Numbered from the stretch's first letter, positions 1-9,943 are shown. The stretch is DNA of 64,000 bases from an uncultured Gemmatimonadaceae bacterium (GCA_963829055.1 CAWHHI010000003.1:288001-352000); one strand, 5' to 3'. Numbers and translations: made by a program. The notes: a model not told the origin generated them from the letters alone.

Positions 1-2
1 GC

Positions 3-122
3 GGCGGCAACGCGATCGAGCGCGGCGCTCGCAAAGTCGCGGACAAGCTCGACGACGTGAAGGACCGCGTCGATGGCAATCCGGCATCACGACCCGGCCC
101 TGACGCGACCGACCGCCGCTGA
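3..122 (+). CDS. 3' end of a hypothetical protein, truncated by the window edge
   Basis: Frame 3 reads GGNAIERGARKVADKLDDVKDRVDGNPASRPGPDATDRR* with high-GC codon usage; TGA at 120-122. Confidence 0.55.
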   Translation, partial: GGNAIERGARKVADKLDDVKDRVDGNPASRPGPDATDRR

Positions 123-213
123 TCGGCGCAGCGATCGGCGTTAGGCACGGAGGAAACGGCACCAAGCGCGACGGGAGCGAGGCTGAGCCTCGCTCCCGTC
201 GCCGCATCCCGAC

Positions 214-1758
214 CTAGTCACTGCCCGTAGCCGCTCTGAGTGCGAGCGTGAACTTCGCGCCTTGCGATTCCTCGCTTTCTACGGTCAGGTCTCCACCCAT
301 GGCGCGCGCCAGCTCCCGACTGATGGCGAGCCCGAGTCCGATCCCCTGATCACCGTCCGGCGTTAGGTGGCGGTCCACCTGCACGAACGGCTCGAAGATC
401 TCGCGCTGTCGCGACAGCGCGATGCCGCGCCCGGTGTCGGCGACCTGAATACACACCACGCTGTCGACCCGGCCGGATGTGAGCGTGACGCGCCCGCCGG
501 ACGGCGTGAACTTGCACGCGTTGTTGAGCAGGTTCACGAGAATCTGCTGCACCTTGTCGCGGTCCGCCCGCGCGCGGAGCCCCGGGAGCGGACGCTCGAC
601 GTCGAACCGCAGCCCGCGCGCACGCATCTGCGGCGCCACGAGCGACTCGGCCTCCGAGACCACGTCGTCGAGCGGCACGTCCTCCATGCGGATGTCTACG
701 CGCCCAGCTTCCAGGCGCGCGAAGTTCAGGATGTCGTTCACGAGTGAGAGGAGGTGCCGCTGACTGCGCTTGATACGACGCAGGTCGTCGCGCTGATCCT
801 GGCTGATGGCGCCACGGATCCCGAGCTCCATGAGGTCCGCATAGCCGCCGATCGCGTTGAGCGGAGTCCGGAGCTCGTGACTCATCGTCGCGAGGAACTC
901 GCTCTTCGCGCGATTGGCCGTCTCCGCCGCTTCCGTTCTCAGCGCCAGCTCATCCGCCGTCGTTTGAATCTCCTCCTTCTGCATCTCGAGCTCGAGAGCC
1001 TGTGATTGCAATTGCTCCTGCTGCAGCTCGAGCTCCATCGCCTGGTCTTGAAGTTGTGCGTTCTGCTCGCCGAGCAACTGCGCGGCGGCCGCCTGCGCGT
1101 CGGCGTCTCGTGCGAACAGGCGGTTCGTGTAGTTGGCGATACCAGCCGACCCGACGGTGCCGATGACGACCGTTACGACCACGAGTGCGTACCACCACTG
1201 CGAGCGCGTGTCGCGCTCGTCGTACAGCCGGCGCTCCTCCGACACGATCCCCGATATCACGCGACGGATCGAATCCATCACCAATCGACCTGAGTCGGTC
1301 CGCACGATAGCCAAAGCCGCGTCCGCCTGACCAGCGCGCCGCAAGGCAATCGTTCTGTCGAGCTCGGCGAACTTGGCGACGAAGAGCGGCGACAATGCAT
1401 CGAGACGGCGCTGCTGCTCGGGATTGTCGCGCGTCAGCTGGCGGAGAAGCGTCGTGTCTGCCGCGACCGCGCCACGCCCCGCAAGATACGGCTCGAGATA
1501 TCGATCCTCGTTCGTGAGGAGGTATCCGCGCTGCCCGGTCTCCGTGTCCGCGAGATGACTCATCAGCGTTTCTACATGAGCGAGCACTGTGAGTGTGTGC
1601 CTGACGAGCGCGCGACTCTGCCGTAAGCGGTCGATGGTGACGAGCATCACGATCCCGATCACGATGACGATCGCGGTGGATGCAAGCGCCACGAGGCGGC
1701 GACGACTGGCTTCGCGAGGCAGAGAAGAATCGAGCAGAGAAGAGTTCGACACCGACAT
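214..1758 (-). CDS. CHASE3-domain sensor histidine kinase
   Basis: Two TM segments around CHASE3 (DTETGQRGYLLT); H-box FLATMSHELRTPL; N-box NLLNNACKFT; G-boxes DTGRG and GIGLGL. Confidence 0.95.
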   Translation of the reverse strand: MSVSNSSLLDSSLPREASRRRLVALASTAIVIVIGIVMLVTIDRLRQSRALVRHTLTVLAHVETLMSHLADTETGQRGYLLTNEDRYLEPYLAGRGAVAADTTLLRQLTRDNPEQQRRLDALSPLFVAKFAELDRTIALRRAGQADAALAIVRTDSGRLVMDSIRRVISGIVSEERRLYDERDTRSQWWYALVVVTVVIGTVGSAGIANYTNRLFARDADAQAAAAQLLGEQNAQLQDQAMELELQQEQLQSQALELEMQKEEIQTTADELALRTEAAETANRAKSEFLATMSHELRTPLNAIGGYADLMELGIRGAISQDQRDDLRRIKRSQRHLLSLVNDILNFARLEAGRVDIRMEDVPLDDVVSEAESLVAPQMRARGLRFDVERPLPGLRARADRDKVQQILVNLLNNACKFTPSGGRVTLTSGRVDSVVCIQVADTGRGIALSRQREIFEPFVQVDRHLTPDGDQGIGLGLAISRELARAMGGDLTVESEESQGAKFTLALRAATGSD

Positions 1759-2040
1759 GGAGTGAACGCTCGCGCCAATCCGAGCATATTGCTATAGTAG
1801 GACGCAGCAGAATACGCCGCCGAAAAATTGCGCGCCGCCGTTCTGTTTCGGCTTCGCACCGCTCTCGTCGAGCGGCGCGATCGCTTATATCCGCGCTCCA
1901 TTCGCGCTCGTGAGAACCGCTCTGGTTCTCGAGCGTCGTTGTCCATTCATAGTTGTGACGGCGCCATCTGCGCGTCGTCGTGTCGGGACAGGAGCTCACG
2001 CGACGGTCACGCGTGAGCATGTCTCCCGCCGGTCTCACGC

Positions 2041-3921
2041 ATGCTCCGTCGTCTCTCGATTCTTCTCGCCTCGGCTCGTCAGCGTCTCGGCAAACAGCCG
2101 CGCTGGGCCATAGCAATCGTCGCGGTCGCTTGTGTCGCTTTCGGCGTCGTGATCTTCAAGTCCGTCGATCATCGGCGCTCGAACCTTCCGATCCCCGGCG
2201 TACCGTACTCGGAGATCGCTGCTGCGCTCGACGCGCGTCAGGTTCGCGAACTGTCTGTCGAAGATGGGGGAACGCGACTCATCGCTCAGCTCAGCGTTGC
2301 GCGACGCGTTGGCTCCAGCAACGTCACGCGCGTATCCGCCGAAGTGCCGAAGGGCGCGGTCGGACTCACCGACCTCGAGCGCTGGTCGGCTCGCGGTGCG
2401 CGAGTGCAGGTCGAAGGCCCAGGGCGACTCCCCGAAGATCCGGTCTCGTTCGTCGTCTCCTTCGTGCTCATCGGCGTGACACTAATGCTCGTCGCGCGCC
2501 TGAGGGCTGGCGTGGTAAGCGGCGGCAAGAAGTTCGAGAAGGTCGCAGAGGATCGGCAGCTGACGCTCGCGGATGTCGGCGGGGCGAAGGAAGCTCGCGC
2601 GGACCTGCAGGACATCATCTGGTTCCTCAAGGATCCGTCGCGCTTCAAGAAGATGGGCGCGCGCTGCCCCGCCGGCGTCTTGCTCGTCGGCCCGCCGGGC
2701 ACCGGGAAGACGTTGCTCGCTCGCGCAGTGGCCGGCGAAGCGGGCGTTCCGGTATTAGTCGCATCAGGCTCCGAATTCGGTGAGATGTATGTCGGCGTTG
2801 GCGCTCGTCGCGTGCGCGATCTCGCGTCCAAGGCCCGCGCGCTCGGACGCTGCATCATCTTCATCGACGAGTTCGACTCCATCGGCGGCAAGCGTGGTCG
2901 TCCGAACCGCACGAGCGAAGAAGACCTGACGCTGAATCAGCTGCTCGTCGAAATGGACGGCATGGCAGGCGGCGAAGGCATCGTGTGGATGGCGGCGACC
3001 AACCGTGAAGACATGCTCGATCCGGCAGTGCGTCGCCCGGGTCGCTTCGATCGCGTGGTGGAAGTCGGCATGCCGACGGCCGCGGATCGTCTCGAGATCC
3101 TCAAGGTGCACGCGTCCAAGCGGCCGCTCGATACGGACGTCGATCTGCAGGAGCTCTCCACGCTCACCGTCGGCTACTCCGGCGCCGAGCTCGCGAATCT
3201 GCTGAACGAGGCCGCGATCCTCGCGGTGCACTCGGGCAGCGCAGTCATCAGCCGCGCGCATCTCGACCAGGCGCGTGACAAGATCCTGCTCGGCCGCGTG
3301 CGCGCGGGCGTGATCGTGTCCGACGAGGAGCGTCGCCTGATCGCGCTCCATGAGGCCGGGCACGCGGTCGTCGGCCTCCTCACCTGCCCCGAGGATCGTC
3401 TCCACAAAGTCACGATCGAGCCCCGCGGACGCTCCCTCGGCGCCGCGCACTTCGCGCCGGATACCGATCGCCACCTGCACTCGCGCCGCTACCTCGAGGG
3501 CGTGATCGCCAAGGCGTTAGGCGGCCGAGCGGCGGAGCTGGTGTTCCTCGGACCGGATGCGGTGACGTCGGGCGCCGGGAGCGACCTCGTACACGCGACG
3601 GGCGTGGCACGGCGGATGGTGGCGGAGTTCGGCATGAGCGAGGAAGTGGGCCTGGTGTCCGCGGATCCGTCCGCACACGGCGGCGCTCCGTCGGCGCAGC
3701 TGCAGAGCGAGATCGATTCGGCCGTTCGCACGCTGATCGGCCATCAAGCGGCACGCGCGGAGGCGATCGTACGTGACCACGCCAGTGCCCTGGACGCGAT
3801 CGCACGAGCGCTGGTGGAGCGAGGGATGCTCATGGCGGACGACGTGATCGCGATCGCTGAGGAGCATGGAGTGCCGCTCCAGCAGAAGGCCACCGAGAAG
3901 GTCGAGCTGCGCGTCGCCTAA
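2041..3921 (+). CDS. ftsH: ATP-dependent zinc metalloprotease FtsH
   Basis: Two N-terminal TMs, Walker A GPPGTGKT, pore motif MYVG, Walker B IIFIDEFD, SRH RPGRFDR, zinc motif HEAGH. Confidence 0.95.
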   Translation: MLRRLSILLASARQRLGKQPRWAIAIVAVACVAFGVVIFKSVDHRRSNLPIPGVPYSEIAAALDARQVRELSVEDGGTRLIAQLSVARRVGSSNVTRVSAEVPKGAVGLTDLERWSARGARVQVEGPGRLPEDPVSFVVSFVLIGVTLMLVARLRAGVVSGGKKFEKVAEDRQLTLADVGGAKEARADLQDIIWFLKDPSRFKKMGARCPAGVLLVGPPGTGKTLLARAVAGEAGVPVLVASGSEFGEMYVGVGARRVRDLASKARALGRCIIFIDEFDSIGGKRGRPNRTSEEDLTLNQLLVEMDGMAGGEGIVWMAATNREDMLDPAVRRPGRFDRVVEVGMPTAADRLEILKVHASKRPLDTDVDLQELSTLTVGYSGAELANLLNEAAILAVHSGSAVISRAHLDQARDKILLGRVRAGVIVSDEERRLIALHEAGHAVVGLLTCPEDRLHKVTIEPRGRSLGAAHFAPDTDRHLHSRRYLEGVIAKALGGRAAELVFLGPDAVTSGAGSDLVHATGVARRMVAEFGMSEEVGLVSADPSAHGGAPSAQLQSEIDSAVRTLIGHQAARAEAIVRDHASALDAIARALVERGMLMADDVIAIAEEHGVPLQQKATEKVELRVA

Positions 3922-3939
3922 CGTTTCAGCTTGGCAGGG

Positions 3940-4152
3940 CTGGCATCCGGCGGCGGCATGGTCAGCTCCAAGCCGTCAGCGACCGCTCAGTACGAGGTGT
4001 CAGGCATCAGGTCCGCGTCTACACGGTGGGGCGCGCTATCGGTGGAACGGCGGCGGTGACAACTGCCGCCGTTTGCTCATCCTGATGCCTGATGCCTCGT
4101 ACTGACCCGGCTCACTGCTGAGTGACTGGCCAGGCCGCCGAGATGATGCCAG
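3940..4152 (+). repeat. Nested inverted-repeat element (~210-nt hairpin) downstream of ftsH
   Basis: 3987-4011 pairs with 4081-4105 (25 bp, two G-U); outer ctggcatc/gatgccag; inner hairpin 4046-4073. Confidence 0.75.
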
Positions 4153-4205
4153 ATACTCCCAGACCGTTCCCTCCATAATCGACCACGCGCACATAGAGCC
4201 CGCCA

Positions 4206-4517
4206 ATGATCAGCAGAGTGTGGCACGGCTGGACGAAACCCGAGCACGCTGACACCTACGAAGCGATGCTCCGCTCCGAGATCCTACCGGGCATCCACCG
4301 CGTTCCGGGATTTCGCGGCGCGACACTGCTCCGCCGTCGGGACGGCGCCGAGGTCGAGTTCGTGACCATCACGCGCTTCGATGACATGGCCGCCGTCCGC
4401 GCGTTCGCCGGCGACGACTACGAGTTGGCCGTGATCGCCCCCGACGCCCGGCCGATCCTCGCGCACTACGACGCCCGCTCCGTTCACTACGAGACGGTGT
4501 TCACGCTGGACGACTGA
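4206..4517 (+). CDS. Antibiotic biosynthesis monooxygenase (ABM) family protein
   Basis: MISRVWHGWT...ADTYE...GFRG...EVEFVTITRFDDMAAVRAFAG.DYE.AV pattern, 103 aa. Confidence 0.85.
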   Translation: MISRVWHGWTKPEHADTYEAMLRSEILPGIHRVPGFRGATLLRRRDGAEVEFVTITRFDDMAAVRAFAGDDYELAVIAPDARPILAHYDARSVHYETVFTLDD

Positions 4518-4539
4518 CCAGGCGTTTCGTCCGGCGGTA

Positions 4540-4584
4540 TTGACGTCTCCTGATACGGCGCGTATACTCTCCTGTTCAGGAGAG
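4540..4584 (+). promoter_or_regulatory. Sigma70-like promoter with palindromic operator for the Xre/RES operon
   Basis: TTGACG (4540-4545), 17-nt spacer, TATACT (4563-4568); perfect 8-bp inverted repeat CTCTCCTG-tt-CAGGAGAG at 4567-4584. Confidence 0.75.
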
Positions 4585-4618
4585 CCTCGTTCCCGTTCCC
4601 TGGTCCCGGTTCCCTACC

Positions 4619-5059
4619 TTGGCCGCCAAACGTCTCGCCTACCCGACCAGTCGCTACGACCCGTCTCCGCTCGTCGACCTGACGGCGCGCGCTGCGCGCG
4701 AGCGGCTCAGCGCCTCGGCACTCAAGGCGTTCTTCAACATCGTGGCCCGCTGGCAGGTACGCGACGAGGACGCCCGCGGGTTGCTCGGCGGCGTCTCCAA
4801 CGGACCGTACTACAAGATGAAGAAGGATCCCGACCGCGTGCTCGACGCCGACACGCTGCTCCGCATCTCCTACCTCATCGGGATCTTCAAGGCGCTGCAC
4901 ATCCTGCACGGCGACGCGCTGGCCGACGAATGGGTTCGGCTCCCTAACGCGAACCGGATCTTCGGAGGCCAGACGCCGCTCGACTACATGCTCGCCGGCG
5001 GCGTGCCCGCGATGCAGACGGTGCGTCGCCTGCTCGACGCGCGGCGCGGCGGCGTGTGA
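4619..5059 (+). CDS. Xre/MbcA/ParS-type antitoxin (DUF2384 C-terminus)
   Basis: RISYLIGIFKALHIL...ADEWVRLPN.NRIFGGQTPLDYM..GG...VRRLLDARRG; TTG start; GTGA overlap with RES gene. Confidence 0.9.
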   Translation: MAAKRLAYPTSRYDPSPLVDLTARAARERLSASALKAFFNIVARWQVRDEDARGLLGGVSNGPYYKMKKDPDRVLDADTLLRISYLIGIFKALHILHGDALADEWVRLPNANRIFGGQTPLDYMLAGGVPAMQTVRRLLDARRGGV

Positions 5060-5781
5060 CGCCAGCGGCGACGTCCCGCCGGCGGCTGCCGCGCACCACA
5101 CTCGTTCGCGAACACGACACGCACCGCCTCATCCCGTCGCGCTACCGCCCGCGCAACGAGAGCGTCCTCGCGCTCATCGCCGACGACGACGCGCATCTCG
5201 CTGACCTGTTCGACCTCGACCACGCTACCAACGAGCGTCTGCTGGCCGAGCATGACCTGCTGCCCGGCATCGGCGTGCACGAGCTGGTGTTCGGCGTCCC
5301 GAACTCTCGCGTCGTCAACGCCGCATTCGCGCACCCTCACCCGCTCGGCAGCCGATTCAACGGGCCAGAACGCGGCGCGTGGTACGCCGCCCTCGAAGTC
5401 GAGACGTCGCAGGCGGAAGTCGCCTTCCACAAAACGGTCGACCTGGCGGAGATCGGTCGGTTCGAGGACAGCGTCACGTACGACGATTACCTCGCGGACA
5501 TCACCGCCGAGCTGCACGACCTGCGCGACGACCGGCAGTTCGCGAAGTGCCTGGCGCCCGACAGCTACGTCGCCTCGCAGGCGCTGGCCGAGATGCTGCT
5601 CGATGCGGGCGCGTTAGGCGTCGTCTACCCCAGCGTCCGGCGCGCCGGCGGGACCTGCATCGCATGCTTCCGGCCCGCGCTCGTCGCGAACGTGCGGTGG
5701 ACGACGACGTACCGGTTCACGTGGGATGGTACGCCGACGCCGGCCATTGAGGTGGTCACGCTCCCGCGGCGCCCGTCGTGA
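5056..5781 (+). CDS. RES-domain toxin (NAD+ phosphorylase family)
   Basis: SRFNGPERGAWYAA...AEVAFH...SYVASQ.LA...GVVYPSVR..GG.C.A.FRP; coupled to the antitoxin. Confidence 0.9.
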   Translation: MTPAATSRRRLPRTTLVREHDTHRLIPSRYRPRNESVLALIADDDAHLADLFDLDHATNERLLAEHDLLPGIGVHELVFGVPNSRVVNAAFAHPHPLGSRFNGPERGAWYAALEVETSQAEVAFHKTVDLAEIGRFEDSVTYDDYLADITAELHDLRDDRQFAKCLAPDSYVASQALAEMLLDAGALGVVYPSVRRAGGTCIACFRPALVANVRWTTTYRFTWDGTPTPAIEVVTLPRRPS

Positions 5782-6133
5782 CAGCGGTCTTCATGAGGCC
5801 TAACGAGAGCCCCTCCGTATCGAGCACGACCGCCATCTCGTCACCGCCGGGAAGTACCTGGGGCGGGATCACGACCTGGCCACCGAGCCGTTGGGCCTGA
5901 GCGACGCACGCTGCGACGTCGCTCACTTCCACGAACAGCTGCACGTGCGGGTGTCCGTCATTGCCGATCGGCCACACGCCGCCCTTGATCCCGCGCTCGG
6001 ATCCGGTGTCCACCATCCGGTAACCCATCGGGTTGTCCGCGTTCACGCGCCAGCCGAACAGCGTGCTGTAGAACGCCGTCACCGTGTCGGGATCGCGCGC
6101 GAGAATCTGCCACTGCATTACCGGCTGTCCCAT
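5756..6133 (-). CDS. VOC/glyoxalase family protein
   Basis: PVMQWQI.ARDP....FYS.LFGW...GIKGG...V.DV...A..LGG.V.IPP..LP. Confidence 0.9.
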   Translation of the reverse strand: MGQPVMQWQILARDPDTVTAFYSTLFGWRVNADNPMGYRMVDTGSERGIKGGVWPIGNDGHPHVQLFVEVSDVAACVAQAQRLGGQVVIPPQVLPGGDEMAVVLDTEGLSLGLMKTAVTTGAAGA

Positions 6134-6136
6134 CGG

Positions 6137-6925
6137 TCACGATTCCATGGTTGCGAGATCTGCTACGGGAAAGAACGCCAACTCCAGGCAATACACCTGA
6201 TCGCGCTCGCCGCTTTCGCCCTCCAGCATCTCGGCGATCTCGCGACGAAACTGTTCCACGCGCTCGGCGATGCGCCGGCTCGTCGCCGTGGAGACGGCGA
6301 CGGTGGTCGTGCTGTAGTGCGCGGCGTGGTCGCTCGAACCGAGCAACGCTCGCGCGCGACTCGCCAGCGCGCTGATGGCGCTCACCGACAGTGAATCGAC
6401 GCGCGCCTCGGCGTTTCCCGCGGCATCGACCCACTCCGTGCGAGAACGCATGTCGAGCAAGCCGAGTCGCGCGAGCCGGGTGATCGCGACGTTCACGTCG
6501 TCTACGGGGACGTCGAGCACGCGTGAGATCCATCGAACGTCCGGCCTGAAGCTCGCGAGCCGCGTCAGCTCGAGAATGGCGTGGTGGTGCCACTCCGCGA
6601 GCGAGAGCGCGGCGTCTCGGGAGAGCTGCCGCAGCTCGCGCGATGTCCACGACTCCGCCGGTCCACGCTCGCGCTCCACGAATTGCGTGATCATGTCGGC
6701 CGGCAGGGAGAGTCGCTTGCCAATGCGCTCGATGGTGCGCGCCGTGAAGCGGCGGCGGCCGCGAAGCATTTGCGACAACGTGGAGTGATCGAGTGTGAGG
6801 TAGCGCGCGAACGCTCGGAGCGAGTAGCGCGGATTGCGTGCGCACCGCTGCGCGAGCTCCTCCTGGAGAAACACGCGGAAGCAATGCGTCGGCGGCGCGG
6901 CGTCGTTGAGCACATGAGCTTTCAT
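6137..6925 (-). CDS. TIGR02147/DUF4423-like HTH protein
   Basis: FLQEELAQRCARNPRYSLRAFARYL.LDHSTLSQMLRGRR, W.HHAILEL, C-terminal VYCLELAFFP; start may be 6925 or 6952. Confidence 0.8.
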   Translation of the reverse strand: MKAHVLNDAAPPTHCFRVFLQEELAQRCARNPRYSLRAFARYLTLDHSTLSQMLRGRRRFTARTIERIGKRLSLPADMITQFVERERGPAESWTSRELRQLSRDAALSLAEWHHHAILELTRLASFRPDVRWISRVLDVPVDDVNVAITRLARLGLLDMRSRTEWVDAAGNAEARVDSLSVSAISALASRARALLGSSDHAAHYSTTTVAVSTATSRRIAERVEQFRREIAEMLEGESGERDQVYCLELAFFPVADLATMES

Positions 6926-7023
6926 GACGCGATCATATCGCCGGCGCGTCATGTTAGGAACGATGACGCGGAGTTACAATCGTCGCGGCGCTCAAAGTGG
7001 GGCGAGCGGTTTGCCCCGGATGG

Positions 7024-7184
7024 TTGTCATTCCGAGCGGGGTCGTCATTCCGAGCGAAGGGCCGGAGGCCCGCAGTCGAGGAATCGAGACCAGACGCGGT
7101 AGAGAGGCCTCGATCGGGACGATCGCGATTCCTCGACTCGCGTCGACCGCTTCGCTCGGAATGACAACCCGCTCGGAATGACAA
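7024..7184. repeat. GTCATYCCGAGC palindromic element with doubled termini
   Basis: Two TGTCATTCCGAGCG-like left arms and two CGCTCGGAATGACA right arms; inner GTCGAGGAATCG/CGATTCCTCGAC stem. Confidence 0.9.
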
Positions 7185-7277
7185 TAGCTGAGATACGATC
7201 CTGTTCTTCCGCGTCATCCGCGTAATCGCCGTTCCCCTGTCGACCACAAGGCGGTGATGAAGCATCCGCGCCAATCG

Positions 7278-7685
7278 CTACTTCCAGAAGAGGTCCCACG
7301 CCTCCTGATCACTGAACTGCGCCCACACTTCGACGCAGCGGTTGTTCTCGAATCGCCACAGCTCCGCCAGCGTCTGATCGAGCCGCTTCCCGTTGCGCGT
7401 TGCCGTCACATGGTGGAGCAGCGCGACGAAGTCCCCGCTGCCCGACAGGGCGGTCGATACCGCCGTAAACGTCCCGCCTGACAACTCGGCCATCCGCTGC
7501 ATGCACGCGGCGACGTTCGCGCGTCCGCGGACGCAGCCGCCGAGGGGGCTCGTGCCAGGTGCGTGCAGCACAACGTCCTCGGCGTGTAGCTCGAACAGCG
7601 GGGCGGGGTCGTTCCGGTTCTGGTCGAAAACTTCCTTCGCTCGTCGCACGCGGGTCACGTAAGGGTGTTCCGGAGCGATTCTCAT
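7278..7685 (-). CDS. NTF2/SnoaL-like protein
   Basis: AEDVVLHAPG.SPLGG..RGR.NV...LSGGTF...WRFENNRCVEVW...DQEAWDLFW. Confidence 0.85.
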   Translation of the reverse strand: MRIAPEHPYVTRVRRAKEVFDQNRNDPAPLFELHAEDVVLHAPGTSPLGGCVRGRANVAACMQRMAELSGGTFTAVSTALSGSGDFVALLHHVTATRNGKRLDQTLAELWRFENNRCVEVWAQFSDQEAWDLFWK

Positions 7686-8006
7686 TGGTCGAAGCTCCTG
7701 ATATATGCGTTCAGACGGCGCAGCACTGATGCGGTGCGCCGTTCGTGAGGAGCAACCTAGGGGAACGCGCGCGCGGCGGGCAGCGGCCACGCGTCGGATG
7801 CTTCGCCTAACGGTAGCTGGCCGCCACGTGGCCAATGGCTGGGGCCGATCCCTGACCTTCGGCGGGTCCGTCGCAGTGTACCGACCGGCCTGGATAGCCC
7901 GCGTCGGCGCGTACTACGCGGCCCACGCGGCGTTCGCGTTACGCACGTGCGATGTCCCGTTCGTGTTCGTGCTGATCGTGATGCCGTCGGCCTAACGGGA
8001 ACGCGC

Positions 8007-8981
8007 TCACCAGAACGCCACGCGGAACGTGACGCCGCCGCGGACGCGGTGGTATACCGAGACGAACGGGATCAACACTGACGTCACGACGACCTCCGCC
8101 ACGTGGTCCAGGCTTCGCCTGGTGGCACGCAATCGTCGGAAGGCGAGCGCTGCCGTCAAGCTGAGCCAGGTCGCAAGCCCCGCAGCCGTGACGGTGTCCG
8201 CGCCCTTCCAGACGCCGATCACCGCGATCACCAGCGCGATGAGAATGGCGTAGTACAGGTACGGGCGATCCGGGCGGATGAATTCCGCATAGAGGCGCGG
8301 ATGTTTCTTGTACAACAGCGCGTCGAACATGTGCTTGCTCTCGGCGCGCAGGCGGCCGCCCCACGGGACTGGACGCACTGGGTAGACGACGGTCGCGTTG
8401 GTCGCCTCGACCACGTCGAAGCCGGCCGAGATCAGCCTGAAGAACAGATCGCTCCCGTCGCGCCACGTCGAGCGGAAGCGTGGATCGAAACCACCGATGC
8501 ATTGGAGCACGGAGCGCCGACAGAAGCAGTTCGCGGTGACGAACCCCACGCTCGCGAGCCGAGCGGCGTCGAGCTCGTAGTCCGTCGGGTCGTCCGGTAG
8601 TGGAACCACGATGCGCCCGCTGGCGGCGTCCGCCGCATCATCGGCGAGTGCGCGAATGCCCTGCCGCAGCCAGTCCGGCTCCGGAATCGCGTCGTCGTCC
8701 GTGAACGCAATGACGTCTCCGCGCGCCGCACGCCACCCCGCATTGCGCATGGCCGCCGGCCCGCGATCGGGCGTCGGTACGCTCACGTACATAATGGCCA
8801 CCGGGTGGGTCTCGCGCCATCGCTCCACCTGAGCGCGAGTTTCCTCGCTCCCGGCGTCATCGCACACGATGATCTCGAACTCGTCAGGCGCGAGGTCCTG
8901 ATGCCCCAGCGCGTCGAGGAGACGCTCGAGGAGCTCTGGCTGGCGATGTGTGATGGGAATGACGACTGAGCCGCTGATCAT
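8007..8981 (-). CDS. Glycosyltransferase family 2 with C-terminal TM helices
   Basis: SVVIP, EIIVCDD, GPAAMRNAG, AFTDDD, GGFD.RF. Confidence 0.9.
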   Translation of the reverse strand: MISGSVVIPITHRQPELLERLLDALGHQDLAPDEFEIIVCDDAGSEETRAQVERWRETHPVAIMYVSVPTPDRGPAAMRNAGWRAARGDVIAFTDDDAIPEPDWLRQGIRALADDAADAASGRIVVPLPDDPTDYELDAARLASVGFVTANCFCRRSVLQCIGGFDPRFRSTWRDGSDLFFRLISAGFDVVEATNATVVYPVRPVPWGGRLRAESKHMFDALLYKKHPRLYAEFIRPDRPYLYYAILIALVIAVIGVWKGADTVTAAGLATWLSLTAALAFRRLRATRRSLDHVAEVVVTSVLIPFVSVYHRVRGGVTFRVAFW

Positions 8982-9169
8982 GCGTTAGGTCCGGCAGTGC
9001 TACGGGTTGGCTTCTCGAGCCTTCACACCTTCACACTGGGCAAGCGACGGACCGCGCCGTCTTTCGTCGCGGCGAATTCTCCCCGTCGTGCGATCGTAGG
9101 TTGGTTTCCAAACTGTTCTGCTCGTTGAGCAGCAGGGAGCGACGGTCGCGCGCGTCGCGCTCCCGGCGC

Positions 9170-9943
9170 CTACTTCGTCGCGACGGCGATCACGCTGCGC
9201 GACGTCAGCATCGCCGCGCTGTTCATGTCGCGGAGCACGCCCGCATTCTCGGCGACGACATCGGCCTTTTTCGTCTCGAGTCGACGCCGGAACAACGCGT
9301 GCGCGATGCCGATGAACGGCCCCCACAGGGCCAGCAGCGCCCGCGCCGACGTCTTGAAGCGATCGTAGTGCGCGGTGACGGACCGGAAGCCGGCGCGACG
9401 CAGCTGGTACGCGAGGTAGTAGTACGGCACCGGGTTGATGTGCCCGGCCGTGTGGCGTGGGTCGTCACTCGAGATGAGGAGCGGGTCGAACAGGACCGTG
9501 AACCCGGAGTGCAGATAGCGCACGCGCGAATTCAGGTTGAGCACGTTAGGCGTGCTCACGATCGCGACGCCGCCGGGCTTCGTCACGCGACACAGCTCGC
9601 GCGTGAACGCGAACTGGTCCTTGATGTGCTCGATGACCTCGAGACTGCAGACGACGTCGAACGACGCATCGGCATAGGGCAGCGAACCGTCGGCGTTGAT
9701 CGGGTCGCACGGCACGCCCGGGTACCGGAAGAACTGCGGGAAGAGATCGCACGCGGCGAGCACGCCGGACGGCGGCTGCCCGAGCTCCGCCTGCACGGCG
9801 TCGCCGACCATCTTCGAGAAGTACCCTTCCCCGGCGCCGACATCGAGCACCCGCGCGCCCCCACGCAGATACGGCCGCACGAGCGCGAAGACCTTGTCAT
9901 TCGTGCTCTGATGCGAGATGGGTCGAATCTCTTCGGGCGACAT
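9170..9943 (-). CDS. Class I SAM-dependent methyltransferase
   Basis: VLDVGAGEG, FDVVCSLEVIEH, KPGG..IVSTPN. Confidence 0.9.
   Translation of the reverse strand: MSPEEIRPISHQSTNDKVFALVRPYLRGGARVLDVGAGEGYFSKMVGDAVQAELGQPPSGVLAACDLFPQFFRYPGVPCDPINADGSLPYADASFDVVCSLEVIEHIKDQFAFTRELCRVTKPGGVAIVSTPNVLNLNSRVRYLHSGFTVLFDPLLISSDDPRHTAGHINPVPYYYLAYQLRRAGFRSVTAHYDRFKTSARALLALWGPFIGIAHALFRRRLETKKADVVAENAGVLRDMNSAAMLTSRSVIAVATK

Noticed and set aside
7705..7995. Small ORF between the NTF2 and GT2 genes
   Set aside because: No convincing start, RBS or recognisable motif on either strand.
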